Notes: generated by a model not told the origin, from the sequence alone. DNA of 63,177 bases, filler included, from Choristocarpus tenellus KU-1152 (GCA_964200185.2; 11 parts of 11 records of this genome joined end to end with filler, not necessarily neighbours in it); one strand, 5' to 3'; numbered from the whole stretch's first letter, positions 50,560 through 63,177 are shown. Translations and numbers: made by a program.

Positions 50560-51451
50560 TGTAACATTGTGCGGCGAAAACGAATCAAATGACACCAGTA
50601 CACGGAGTAACAAGGTGGGGTGTTCACGCAATGAAATACCATCTCCCTCAAATCACAAGCCTGGTCTGGATGGCCGTCAGACTTTACACCAACGAAACAA
50701 ATGAAGGTCTGGGAAATCAACGCCAGTAATTGCACACTGACTCAAAGTCATGGAGGCAATGAGGGTTCAGGGGGGCGTCACCCCTACCCTTTTGTTTTCT
50801 CACAAGAAGAACAGGGTGTTCTTCATCCTCGACCAGATCTCCTGCACCTCCAAGCCTGCAGTACTGGCCTCAACACCGTTCACATCAACGAGGTACTGTT
50901 CTACCTCATCTGCGGATGAGAGATGGTGCTCATATTCCCGAGGGAGGGAAAGATGGGCTTGATGAAGGTGCAGCACATGAGTCACATTTCCAAACTGGTG
51001 TTCATCTCCAACATTTCGTGACCCCGAATCCTTCCCATGATTTTGAAGGCACGATCAGGATCCGGTGGGTTTGTGTCACGAAGGAGGTGCAACGGACTAC
51101 AGTGTGGCACTCAAAGGGCAAGGAGTATGAAATCGACGTCACCACCGACACCGAGTGGTATCTGGAATGGTACAGGGATTGGCTCTTGCCTGCAATCAAG
51201 GGAAATATGTCATGGCTGGAATCAAAGGGGTCCTCCATATAGCAGGATGGTGTGACACCGCACATAGGCAGGGGCACAGTGCAGAAGCTGAATGAGCAGG
51301 GATGGAGGAACGATGGAACATTAAGCTTGTGACACAACCACCGCAGTTTATGGATCTTAACATCGTTGATTTGAGGGTTTTTGCATCTCTGAAGAGCAAA
51401 GTTTGCGCAGAGCGTTACAGCACCGTTGATGAACTTGTAGAAGTGGTTTCA
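50560..51451 (+). pseudogene. Tc1/mariner-superfamily transposase relic (DDD type, about 39-41 residues between the last two Asp)
   Basis: VHINEVLFYL (cf. HIDEKWFY), I*QDGVTPHIG, and VTQPPQFMDLNIVDLRVFASLKSKV (cf. QPPxSPDLNVLDLGFF). Contains stops and frameshifts. Confidence 0.85.
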
Positions 51452-51560
51452 GAGCCAAAGTATCTTAGAGGGTAGGGCCGCGTCTATTTGCGGCCAAAAT
51501 CCAATGTTGCGATCTTGATGTAATTTGACTATCATGTTTGTTAGGAACTGTCAGGATTTT
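51452..51560 (+). mobile_element. MITE B 5' fragment interrupting the transposase relic
   Basis: GAGCCAAAGTATCTTAGAGGGTAG... Confidence 0.75.
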
Positions 51561-51946
51561 GCAACCCATTTGCGCACATTGTTTGAGACATAGTAACATT
51601 TTCCTAGGCAAATATTCTATTCTTAACCCTATCACAGCTTCACCAGTTACCCATCAGCCCTCACCACCAATTCTAACACAGGCTGACGGCATCAAAATGC
51701 TTCACTTATTTCAAAATCGCCTCTGCAGTCCTACATGGCATAGACAACATTGACTCTGCCATGGCAGATTTATTTCCACTAACACAGTCTCCACATAATT
51801 CTTACATACTTTCCTTTGGTTTGCTCCTTCCTGAATTCATCAACACCACTAAAAGAGAAGGGCCTGAACAACAGGTGGATGTTGGAAGACGATCCTTACC
51901 AGTAGTTGGAAACATTGGTGTAGGGTCTTCACCATGCAATTTCCAC

Positions 51947-52360
51947 CATTCAAAGTATCTTGGAGGGTATAGCCGCGTCCGTTTGGGGGCCAAAATCCAA
52001 TGTTGCGATCTTGATGTAATTTTGGCTATCGTGTTGTTAGGATGTGACAATATCCTTGCTCCAGACACACATTTTCGTATCATACATTTTTTACCTACTC
52101 TGAACCATTTCGGGGTAGGAAAATGTCATACAAAACCCGTGGGAAGCCAAACCGGGTCAAAGTATTTGGGGATGTGTGGTGGTTTGTGAGGGGGCGTCCG
52201 TTTCGGTCTGGACGAAGTGCCCAAAAATCATAGCAATTGCTGTCTTCAGTCGTGAATCGTCCACGACTGAAGACAGCAATTGCTATGACTTTCGAGCAAT
52301 TCATCTGGACCAAAACGGACGCCCCCTCACAAACCAACACCCCTCAAGATACCTTGACCC
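51947..52360 (+). mobile_element. MITE B (51947-52153) abutted by a complete fold-back MITE C (52154-52360)
   Basis: The C element is a ~207-bp near-palindrome bounded by GGGTCAAAGTAT...ATACCTTGACCC. Confidence 0.88.
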
Positions 52361-53385
52361 AGCCACCGTCCTCGTATGATGTATTTTGGACTAAAATGCA
52401 TTTAGGATCTACGCTTGGCGCTTGAGTGGGTGTAGACTATGTTATTATGGCTCAGAGAAGTTGCCGTTGGGTTCAATGCTTGGAGCCTGGGTGGTTGCTG
52501 CCGCTTGGTTTGGGTGTGGAAGAGAGGTCATCTGTTGTGGAAATCTCGACTTGTGCTGAAGATGGTGGTGTGGAGTACGAGATGTTTGTGCGTCAACGTA
52601 TCTGTGGTAAGGTTTCTGCCAATTGCTCTGTGATCCGATCAACGCAAAGAGGGGAGGAAAAAGGATTGGGGCATGGCAGTAAAGGTATTAGAGGATGGTG
52701 GCAGAACGCTCTAATGGAGACGAAATCTAGGTTGCCACCGGGCCAATAAAAACATGTGCATGAGGACACATAAAGACAAACTCTTCGGGAGGATAATAAA
52801 TTCAATGTACCAAATGCGTAAGTCCGTTGATTTAGAGAACGTCCGATCTCTCCATCATTACATGTCTGTCAAGGCATATGTCGGACTGGCGAAGTAGAGG
52901 GAACAGAAATTGGTCTATGTTGCTCCTCAAAGCCGCATCTGTCGTCAGTATGGTGTCAGTGCAGGACTTGTCCAGAAGCAGGCCCGTGTAGGAGCGTCTT
53001 GGTCAATACTGTAGTGTTGGACAAGAATCTGCATATTTCGCAAGTCGCCATTCTCCCATTTGACCTCGTAGGGGTAGCTGACTCGCACCTCTCTAACTTT
53101 CACCGTGTAGTGGGGCTGGTACTTGGTCACGATCCCTTGCATCCGCTGATCGTCTCATCTGAAGTATAGTCCCCTGCCCTTGGCTCTGGCATTGAGTGTT
53201 TCTCCCTNNNNNNNNNNNNNNNNNNNNNNNNNNNNNNNNNNNNNNNNNNNNTTAATTAATTAANNNNNNNNNNNNNNNNNNNNNNNNNNNNNNNNNNNNN
53301 NNNNNNNCCTCCTCCCCCCCCCCCCCCTATTTCCCCTATTTCCCCTATTCTTGGTTGTTGCTCTAAACTACCCCGTTACGCAAAG

Positions 53386-56057
53386 CTCATGGTCAACACC
53401 TGGGACCGCTCTATATCCATGGACGTACTCGGCCACTGGCTTGCCCTTGTGCACGTGCATAGGTCGGAGGGGCAATGGGGTTGGATGGGTGCAGCGCAGG
53501 AAAGGGGGCAGTGCCCTGGTGGGTGGATCCCAAGAGAGCAGATTTTGGGAGAGGAAGCACGGCGAAGGGTGCCTGAGGAGTTCATGGCACAGGTGAGAAA
53601 GGAGGAAGGGGGTTATCTTTTTTTTGTGTGCAAGTGACTCTTTCGGAAATGGAAAGGGACATCAAAGTTTGATCGCCTTTTAGAAGAAGAAAAGAGTTGT
53701 TTGTTCGGGGGTGGGAGGAGGTTCAAGCTTACGTAAAAAAGGGAATACCTGGCTAGTAACTCGTAGTGTGTTTGTGCATTCTGTGTGGGGTTTTGCTTTT
53801 CAGGTATAGGTTGGGTTTTGTGACTCTTTAGTGATAGCGCTGATATGGATACGTAGAATAGTGATAAAAATTTTAAGTGTATTGTCAATTGTTGTTGGGC
53901 ATGATGTGGAGAGCCAGTGTGCTACGCCCATTTTGATTAAATCTCCTCCCCACCAAACCCCAAGTGTGATCGCATAATTACTATATAAGAAAATGAATAA
54001 GACCTCACTTTTTTTTTTGCTTAAAAAAATTGCATATCATCGAATTATCACTATACCGTATTTCCAAGGTCTAACAATGCAGTTCCCATTGCTGCTATTT
54101 TTGTGCAACTGCTGAATTTTTGCCCCCTCTAGGATATAAGTGTGGCAAACCCACCAACGCTTTTGCTCCTTGTTGAACGCCTTCTACGAGATGTAGAAGG
54201 CGTTATGGAGAGGAAGAGGGTTAGGGATGGTGGGAGTCAGGATGATCAACCCCCTGCAGATAGAGAGGACAAAGTGCAAGATGGGGTCTGTGTTGAGGTG
54301 GGTGGGGGCAGGAAAGGTGGTGGAAACTGCACCACAGGGAGAGACAAAACCACAGTTCAATTCCTACAGCAGGTATACCCTCTTTTGGAACAATGGTTGC
54401 ACTGGCTCCTTATCACACAAAGGCCAGGTGGAGGGGGGAGGGGTGGGGATGTTGGAGCACCTGAGGGGGCATTTCAGGTGAGATTTGTACCGGGAGTGAT
54501 GACCAAGCTGTTTTTTTGGGGGGGTGGGGGGGTTGTCGACTTTTTCTTGCGATTTATTTCAGAGGAAGAGATTTCAATACTCTGTACTACTGCAGTGATT
54601 TCACTAATAAAATGGGCATAGTGCATGTACTCATTTTGATTGTTTAGTAGGTGTTAGGATTTACAAGAAGGCTTTTTTTTTCTCCTTGACTTGAAATTAC
54701 TCAAAATTATATGTTCTGTGTTTTGGGGCCACCTGAATTAGATGGAGAAGGCAAGGAGTTCCTAGAGGCAGGTGTGTTGTCTATTTCGTTGCTGCTTTTG
54801 TGAGTACGGAAATGTGATTGGAGCACTGTGACTGTTGGCAAGCTGGCAGTGTCAAAGCATCACCCATCCATTGGTTGTCTGTAGGTATAATTCAAGAAGA
54901 TAATATGTAATCCAATCACCAGGACCATGTATATTGGAGCACAATAACGCATTGGACAATAGTCTACAGGAAAAGGAAAAATCAAATTCACACGGAGAAT
55001 TGTATGCTTGAGGCACACAGCATTCTAAATAGATACTCTGAGTAGATAATAGTGTCTCATTACATTTCCCCCCCCGCGTATATTCTCCTTTTTGACCTAG
55101 TGATACTTACTTCAAAGCATGAGCACTAACGGGTTTCTCACCATGATGTACTGTAATGAGCTGACAATTGGGTGCAAAACCCATTTCGTATCTATTCGAA
55201 GAGCGTCTCAGAAATCACCCTTTTATTTATTTTTTCAATTAAGTGGGTCAGATGTAAGGATCACTGCCGTGGTCATGTGGCAGCGTTCCTGCACCGACTC
55301 CTCATATCCAAACAGTTACTATTTCTGACCGTCTCTACAGTCAAAGAACCACTTCTCATCCACATTGTTGAAGTCTGCATCTTTGTGGAGGCTTGTCGAG
55401 CCTCGAGCCTCCTCTCAACCCAGTGCAGCAACCACCTTGCCCTCTCTTGCATGGCCCCTGCAGTAGGGAATGCCTCGTTGCAGATTGAGCATGCTCTAGG
55501 GCCAAGCTTGTCCGTGTTCTCTGTGTATGGGATGACCCTCACGGGTGTATCCTTTTGAAGTATTTCCAGGCTGGGTTTGGAAAATGAAACACCCAAACCA
55601 TACTTGGAATAGGGAACAGGGAACAACACAAATTTCTAGTTTTTGTCCGTGTGATTGCTGAGATGGAGAACACTCCGCACAGATTGATATGTGTATAAAA
55701 TAAATTGTGCATTACTTGCGGGGCCTCCTGGAGGTCGCATTCGTAGGGGACAACAGGTTAGGGGCTGAAACCTCAACTTCATATCACCCGAGAGTATTCG
55801 TCCGTGCCTTCTGCACCCGTTCTCTCTGCCCCCATCCCCCCCGTATTTTTCTCATCCCCTCTACTGCCATGTCCAATGCCTCGGCTGCAACGCGGGAGGC
55901 AGTGGCGAGGAAGAGATGCTGGTGATGACCGCCTGAATGCGTTGACCCTGGCTTCTGGCCTGGATGATTTCCCTCGGGCCTCCCACCCCTCAGACTCTGC
56001 TGAGTGGCATGTGGACATACTTTGCTGGCTTGCAATGGGGTGCCAAATCATGGACAG
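53386..56057 (+). CDS. GCS1: Mannosyl-oligosaccharide glucosidase (ER glucosidase I, GH63), three internal exons (53386-53592, 54133-54477, 55903-56057)
   Basis: [13 protein letters not shown]...[33 protein letters not shown]...[25 protein letters not shown]. Phase-0 joins. Confidence 0.93.
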
Positions 56058-57360
56058 GTAGGTTTGGTTGGGGACAATGTTGGGAAGTGTCTGTTTGTAC
56101 TGGTTCTGTCGCTCTTGGGTGAGCAACCTTGACCTCCTCGGTATGCGGGGGCGGGTGTGTGTTAGGACCCTCGGAGAGGAGGTGAGAGGGACGGAGGGAT
56201 CAGTTGGTGTGGGCTAAGACGTAAACTGATTTGTGGGAGGGTGGAATGTGTATTGTAGTGTGATTATGCTCAATGTTCTTGGTTGAGGTACAGGCTTGAT
56301 TGTGCTCCTCGCTGAATCTTTTTTTTTTTTGTGCATCCATTTACAACTGACGAGGAGCGTCGCACCATGTTGTTTCCCTCCCCNNNNNNNNNNNNNNNNN
56401 NNNNNNNNNNNNNNNNNNNNNNNNNNNTTAATTAATTAANNNNNNNNNNNNNNNNNNNNNNNNNNNNNNNNNNNNNNNNNNNNTGCTTTTGTTTCAAACA
56501 TTTCTTTTTTATTTATTGTACTGACTCCTTGGTCAAACGAGGTTTTACGTGTATATTCTTGTGCTTAGTGAAGAGGGGGTGGTGGGGGGGGATTGTGAGG
56601 ACTTTTAGGAATAAGTGTGAAAAGTATATTTTTATTAAAGAAGAGTAAAAAGGTTGTGTTTGGTGTCATCATGAGATGTTCCAACAGTGCTGATTATGGT
56701 GTTGTTTCCCAATAACAGTGAGCTTAGCGTAAGTGTGTTTGGGTAATGTAATGATACTGTTCCTATTGCAGATAAAGTATCAGGCATTAGATGGTCGAAA
56801 AGAGGGAGAGTCATTTTTTGGGGTGTGTGTGAGGTTTGAAGGTAATGATTTGTGTCATGCTGTCCATCTTTGCATATTGTGAGCATGTATCGAATAGGAT
56901 GTTTGCACTGGTTTCACTTTTGGTAAGAATGGGATCAAGTCGCATGCTTAGATTCTGCCCCCTCCCCCCCCCCCCCCCCGGGAGGGCGCGTTGCCTAACC
57001 TCATCCCCTCTGCCGTGCCGGTCTGNNNNNNNNNNATTGCTTTTGTTTTGCCCCCTCCCCCCCCCCCCCCATGGGGATGAGTACGTCTGTTCTTGTTTTC
57101 TTGTGTGTATGTGTGTGGATTGATTGAACATTGAATATTGAAAAGCAGGTTGTGCTGTATGTAAGTCTCTGCAAATACTGTTGTAGGGCTTGCTGATGAA
57201 TATCTTGTAGTCTCAGTTGCAACTTCTGTACTTCGATACATTCTGGAGCTTGCTGGGTTTGCCACAGAGCTCTATTGATCACTACAGGGTGAAGATTGTG
57301 ATATCTCCCCTATTTACTATTTGGGAGACACCAAGGGCACTCTTCACCCTTTTTGTGCAG

Positions 57361-58258
57361 CCCTCCCATTTGTCACTGTGAACAGGATTTCACTTGTCAC
57401 CTTCCCCCCCCCCCTGACCTGTTTAAACAGAAACCTCACACCTCTCAAAGTCCAGGAATGCCCAGAGACGTAGTTGAACAGGCAACACTTCCACAAACGC
57501 CTTCCAAACCTTCTGTCCCCCCAGCCCCAACGCACCCCCAATTCGAGTCAACTGGTGGGGGAGGGATAATTGGGGGGGGCACGCCGCCATTTTCTTTTAG
57601 CGGTCAAATGGATGCCACAGGGCAATTAGCTTTGGCCACAGAGCAACAGCAAACCATGGTGAGCTTCAGCCCACCGTTTAGCACGGAGGCGTTGTTAGTG
57701 ACGTCCCCGGGTTTGCCAAGTAAGGGAGGCGGTGCAGGATCCATTGTAGAGAAGGTGGCTGGCGGGGGGGGGCTGGTAGAAGCTGGGGGGACATCGGCAG
57801 GGCATCACCCTGCTGGCTTGCCAATGTCGCCATCTTCATTGCTTGCCTTTGCTGGGATGGGGGGTGGAGATGGAGGGGGAAGCCTGCTCTCGACACTGGA
57901 AACCCTACCGGAGTCACCATTTCATGTGGCAGCGACTGCTCCTGGTATGCCTGGACACAAATCGTTGGCAGCACTGGGGACAGAGGGGGGTAGGAAAGCG
58001 CTTATTGGAGGAGGCGTGATGAGCCCAGGAGGTGGGTCGATTGGTGGGTTGGGGGTGGGGGGAACAACAGCGTCTCTAGCGTTGATGAGGTCATCGTATG
58101 GTATGGCTCCTAAAGATGTGGGATATGCAAGCACTCTGCCGCAGCCTCTGGGGATGAGGTGGGGGGAGGTTGGAGGAGGGGCGATGGAGGGAGCGCGAGA
58201 GGCAGAGGTGGGGGGGGGGGGGGGGGGGGGGGGGTTTTCAATGGGGTTTTTCGTTTAG
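57361..58258 (+). CDS. Large Pro/Gly/Ser-rich exon of an uncharacterised, probably disordered protein; boundaries uncertain
   Basis: A 300-codon GC-rich open frame in AT-rich surroundings, with candidate acceptors at 57360 and 57430. No domain recognised. Confidence 0.5.
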
Positions 58259-58299
58259 GGTGGTTATGACTTTTTTTTAATATTATCTTTTATTGCTCA

Positions 58300-58422
58300 T
58301 TTTGTGATTGTTGTTAGACTAGGGTTATGTGTGATTGTTGGTAGACTAGGGTTAGGGTTATGTGTGATTATTGTGATTGTTGGTAGACTAGGGTTAGGGT
58401 TATGTGTGATTATTGTGATTGT
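58300..58422. repeat. ~42-bp tandem repeat containing CTAGGGTTAGGGTTA
   Basis: GATTGTTGGTAGACTAGGGTTAGGGTTATGTGTGATTATTGT, about 3 copies. Confidence 0.85.
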
Positions 58423-59940
58423 GCGTTATTTCTTCGTTTGCTCTTGGGAGCTTTAGGGTTATTTAAAAAAAAATCAATTTTGTACTGGAGTATGTGCTAG
58501 GGTTAGGGAATGTATGTGTTTGGGATAGATGCGGCAGGGGGGGGGGAATTGTTTGGTTGCCTCTTTTTCTATTCTAGGTCTACAGAAATTTTTGGTGGAA
58601 GGGTTTGTACCAGAAATGTTGTCATGTCAAGTAAATAAATGCTCACATATATTATTATTATTATTAGTAGTATTTATGTCTACCATTTGAAAAAAATATA
58701 GGAAGGTTGGAGGCTCTCTTTTCTTATTATTTTTGCATAAGAAGGAATGTTGTGGAGGGTTAGGGTTATATATAAGGTGAAGGGGATAAGAGTTCATAAC
58801 TCTGCTGCTGTGTAACCTCTGGTTGAGAGGAAGTAATTTTCAGTCAGGAACGAAGTGCATTTTTTCTTTTTTTTATTGATGTGTTTTGAAGAATCTCCAC
58901 AAAAATGGTTCCATTTTATATTTTTGCTTTTTCCTGAATAGAAGAGTTGACTGCGGGAAAAAAAAAAGATGTTTGAGATACATATCTGTGCTTTGCATCA
59001 GGAACAACCCTAAACCCCCTTTTTTTTATGGAGGGGCTAGGTCTACGATGGTTCATATATTAATGTGTGCGATTGCGAGGAGGCTGCCTTCCAATATCTA
59101 TGAAACCCTCCCGATGCGTGTGCAATGTTTGTGGTGTTACCATCTACAGAAGGCATTGCCATTTGCTTTTTCTGCTGAGGTGGGATCGGAAATCGGTCGC
59201 TGGGCCTCTGTGCGAACCCTGGAAGAGGGGGCAGAGACAAGGAAGTCACTAGACGGCCTCTGCAATGACTTCCTTGGTCTGGACTTGGAGGGGGCAGGGG
59301 GGGGGCTGGACTACTGTGGGGGGGGGGGACTTCGCCATCCAGTCTCTTTGCTCTTTGTTCCCAGCCTCGCCTAAGGTGAAATGGAAAATTCTTTTTTTTT
59401 TTTGGTTGAATGGAGGCGGTGTGTTATTTGGTATTGAGAATTGGTTCCAATGTTGGCGGATGTTTTAACGATAGGATTGTTGGTGTGAGTTCTGTTTTGT
59501 AGAGAGGTAAGAACGATGCGTTATTGTCATTAGGTGTGATTGAGGAGAGTCTCTTTGAAGTCGATTTGATTTTTTGCGTAACTGCCGGTCTAATAATCGA
59601 TGCAGCGAACTTTTTTTTTCAATTATTATTTTTGTTTTATTTTATTTCTGTCCTTTTGTTTGTTTTCTTGTGATACATATATGTGTATGTATGTATAGTA
59701 TGTATGTGTGTTTGTGTGTATGTATAGTATGTATGTATAGTATGTATGTATGTGTGTGTGTGTTTGTTTGTTTGAGTGAAGGTGGCATTGTTTGTGGATT
59801 AGATTTTGGGGGGTTGTTTTCTTTTTTTTGCATAGTGATACATTTTTTTTTTAAGGTTATTTATTTATTTATTATTTTGTAAGTGTGTTTGAGGTATCCC
59901 GAGGTGTTGTCAGCGTGGTCTGAAGCACATGGTGTCAAGA

Positions 59941-60031
59941 AATAATAATAATAATAATAATAACAACAATAACAATAATAATAACAATAATAATAATAAC
60001 AATAATAATAATAATAATAATAATAACAATA
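59941..60031. repeat. (AAT/AAC)n microsatellite
   Basis: Seen directly. Confidence 0.95.
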
Positions 60032-60663
60032 GAAGTGTGTATGAAGAAGGCACCGCCTTATCATCTTCTTTCAAACCTCGAGTTTGTTGGGGGGGTTTTA
60101 TTGGTTTCTGTTGTAGATAGAGATGGCACCCCCTCTTTTTGTAGAGGTAGAGATCGAGTTTTGCTCTGAAAATTTAAATTATGTCTTCCAGAAGAAGAGG
60201 GAGGAAAAGCAAGGGAGGAAGTGTACTTCCATAGAGAGCCGGGCGGGGGGGGGGGCTGGGGCGGGGGAGCGGAGATCTCTTTCTTGTGCACTTGAAAAAC
60301 AAGTGGTTGTTTTTTGTTATTTTTTTTAGCAGAGTTGGCACCAGCGACGGTAGTGACTGATCGAGAGATATACTTCCTACATTATTTCTTCATTGTTTTG
60401 GATCGTGCCACTTTTTCTTTTCTTTTTGCAGGTACGTACGCCTTCAGCCACCCTTATTTTTTGTTGGTAATTTTTTGTGCTGCCTGAAGTGACGTACCTC
60501 ACTTTCCCCCCCCCCCCCCCCTACACCCCACAAAAGACCCACGAGGCGCGGAGGGAGAGAAACNNNNNNNNNNNNNNNNNNNNNNNNNNNNNNNNNNNNN
60601 NNNNNNNTTAATTAATTAANNNNNNNNNNNNNNNNNNNNNNNNNNNNNNNNNNNNNNNNNNNN

Positions 60664-60785
60664 TATACATTTTACCTACTTCTAAACATTTTGGAGTAGG
60701 AAAATGTCATAAAAAACCCCATGGGAAGCCAAGCCCCAAATGGACAAATAGGGTAAAACTCGTACCCTCTAGGTTACCTTCACTC
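60664..60785 (+). mobile_element. MITE B, 3' half at contig start
   Basis: Matches 27385-27506; ends ACCTTCACTC. Confidence 0.8.
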
Positions 60786-60996
60786 TTATAACTTTTATTA
60801 CATCATAATTTTATTTTACAAGTACCATATGCACATTCCCTACAATTCATACAAAAAGGAAACAACAAAAACATTACCAAAAAAAAGAACACGACCATGC
60901 ACAGTGGGTGTCTCTCCACAGGGGGGTAGGATAGGATGAGTGGTTCACTAAAGAGAGGATAAACCAAACGCTTGATAAAATTCAACTATACTCATG

Positions 60997-61103
60997 CACA
61001 CTTGATAGTCACACTTGATGATCACACGTGATAGTCACACTTGATAATCACACGTGATAATCACACTTGATAATCATACTTGATAGTCATACTTGATAGT
61101 CAT
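60997..61103. repeat. 13-bp tandem repeat, about 8 copies
   Basis: CACACTTGATAGT and variants. Confidence 0.9.
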
Positions 61104-62154
61104 TCAAGGAGAAACGAAAAAACATTAATAGTGTGATAGTGTGTGATAGTGCGTGTACTGCGTAAGGATGTAAAGTGTGTGGATTGATTGAAGTCGATCC
61201 TATCCAACCCCAAAAGAAGGCCAAACACCCCCCACCCCTACAAAAAAAAAAATCAAACGGTTTCTATTCACACGCTCCCGCCATGTCCTTTACATACACA
61301 GTGAAATCAAGCAAAAAAAATAATTATAATAATAATCATTAAACAATAGTAAAAATAATAAGAAAATATTAATAATAATAAAAATAATTCATAATAATAA
61401 TAATATTATTAAGGAAGATACCGGAATAATTAATGTCGAGTAGTGTTTCGACAGAATGATATTTTTTTTAAGAACTGCATAGTGGGGGTGAATGAAATAG
61501 ACGCACTCTTAATTATCTTATTTTTTTTTAAATGTTTGTATTGTATACTCAATACAGCTCTTCAAAACAAAAAAGGCCATTTTTTTTTGCTCGGCGTTGA
61601 CAGAAAAAAATTAAAAAAAAACGCGATGGGACGTGGTGTCCGCCTGTCTGCCCACTAAAAATATCGCACAAGAACATACCTCAACAGCATTGTAACAAAA
61701 AAAAAAATGACATGACAAGAATAATAACGAAAAAAGAGAACAATAATTAAGAGAATTATGAGCAGAACAATTTTTTTTCGACGCTTAAAAAATAAAAAAA
61801 ATAAAAAAAAAATTGTTTCTTTATACTTTCACAAACTATAGCGCATAAACCATACCCTACCGCTGCAAAAATAATATATTTTTTAGAATAATATAATGTA
61901 AAATAATATAATGTATAATTAAATGTATGTACGCAATATAGAGGGATGGGAGAAAACAAAAAGTATTCTAGAAGCCTTTCAATAAACTAAAACAATAATA
62001 AAACAGAAAGGAGAGAGATGTCCAGGATGAACAACCCCCTGGAGCCTACTAGCTCTTCTACACAGCCATCAAACATCAAAATCTATTTCTTATTTTCTTA
62101 TCTTTGTAGTATGTATCAGAACTATGAGGGGGGAGGGAGAGGGGAATTATTCAC

Positions 62155-62270
62155 CTCTTCCCAAAGCCTCCAGACTTGGCATCCCAGGTCCTGACAAGCT
62201 TTAGCACCTGGTCTATCTGAGCATCTAGGTCTTGATCCAACAAGAGAGTTAGTACTCCAATCACACCCAA
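62155..62270 (-). CDS. Possible isolated internal exon of an unknown gene
   Basis: CAG acceptor and GTGAAT donor around LGVIGVLTLLLDQDLDAQIDQVLKLVRTWDAKSGGFGK. Confidence 0.35.
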
Positions 62271-62536
62271 CTGTACATGGAAGAGGAGCAGATAGGATAC
62301 CCATCGAGGACATGGATACACAGATTTCAGTAACAGGCGAACAACACACAAAACAACACAACACAACACAACACAACTCAACAGAACTCAACACAACACA
62401 ACACACAAAAAAAAACAAAAAAAAGATCTTTCAGCTGAGAGGGCATTAGCAGACACCTTAAAAACACACAGACACAAAGTAGTCTAAGCTAACACAACCA
62501 TGCCACAATAGAATATGCAAAAAACAACAAAAAATA

Positions 62537-62600
62537 ACCCTAACCCAATGCTAAACTTAATCCTAAACCACCCTAACCCTAACCCTAACCCCAACCCTAA
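62537..62600. repeat. Interstitial (CCCTAA)n repeats
   Basis: Seen directly. Confidence 0.8.
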
Positions 62601-63177
62601 CACAGAAATGAAATGCCATTTTTTCCCCAGAATACAAAAACCAAAAACCCCCAAAAAAAAGGAAAAATAAAATAATATATATAAACAAATAAATAAAGCA
62701 CAGCTCTCACCTTCGCCCCCTAAACCCTAACCTCTAAAAATCAGAGAGCATGAACATTTACTGTCATAACACAAACAAACACACACATACACACACACCA
62801 TAATACATACGTATCACCGCCTACCTACCCTACTAACAAATCCAACCTAACAAACAGCACCAAAATGTGCACCAAGGACTGAATTGGCTGAAGAGTAGAC
62901 AAAGAAATGATATGACATCCCTTGGTTAAACAGGATTGTGTGTCACTCTCATAGATGTCACAGTGTACTACCAAGTGAGCAGCGTCGGCACTGTATTTAT
63001 TATTATTATTATTATTGATATTATCGTTATTTATTTTTTTAGCTTAAAAAAAAAAGGTAGCCACCGGACAGTTCGAGAAAACGTTTTATTTTCCCCTCCC
63101 CCCCGAAAAAAAACAAAAATATATATATATATATATTTTTAGCCCCTAACCCCCCTCTCTCCCTCCCCCCTCCCCTC

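Noticed and set aside
50560-51451. Mariner relic as the mobiliser of the CAAAGTATCT MITEs
   Set aside because: Tc1/mariner elements duplicate TA, whereas these MITEs show 3-bp duplications. The MITE simply interrupts the relic.
52945-53207. Tudor-like peptide GIVTKYQP...YEVKWENGD on the minus strand
   Set aside because: Short, preceded by an in-frame stop and cut by the contig end; cannot be assigned.
59861-60120. Poly-Asn/poly-Tyr ORFs
   Set aside because: (AAT)n microsatellite.
4396-60663. Regularly recurring TTAATTAATTAA palindrome within N runs
   Set aside because: Artificial concatenation linker. It is not biological, and it voids synteny across contigs.

Overview
This is eukaryotic genomic DNA, intron-rich and full of transposon relics. 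It is most likely a photosynthetic stramenopile of the brown-algal type; that is inferred from bipartite plastid-targeting N-termini, long GT/GC-AG introns, dispersed TTAGGG repeats and an 18S fragment. The window is not one locus. It is 11 short contigs joined by identical 100-bp artificial linkers (N44-TTAATTAATTAA-N44), so nothing can be inferred across a linker. I reconstructed genes by hand from splice sites: a CAMK/SNF1-like kinase with altered catalytic motifs, a 4-exon 525-aa acidic protein with an RVxF motif, the 3' end of an Hsp70-like protein that appears to stop after the ATPase domain, a single-exon plastid protein resembling a stand-alone SOQ1 C-terminal (n-DsbD-like) domain head-to-head with a 5-exon Rubisco-LSMT-like SET methyltransferase, and three exons of glucosidase I (GH63). 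Repeats: 14 copies of three related MITE subfamilies sharing the terminus NNNYCAAAGTATCT, a cluster of 5'-truncated retroposon-like tails, relics of Tc1/mariner, pogo, Copia and CRE-like elements, a decayed 18S rDNA piece, and several mini- and microsatellites. I see no CRISPR array and no intact autonomous element. All family assignments come from motif recognition by eye, not from database searches.
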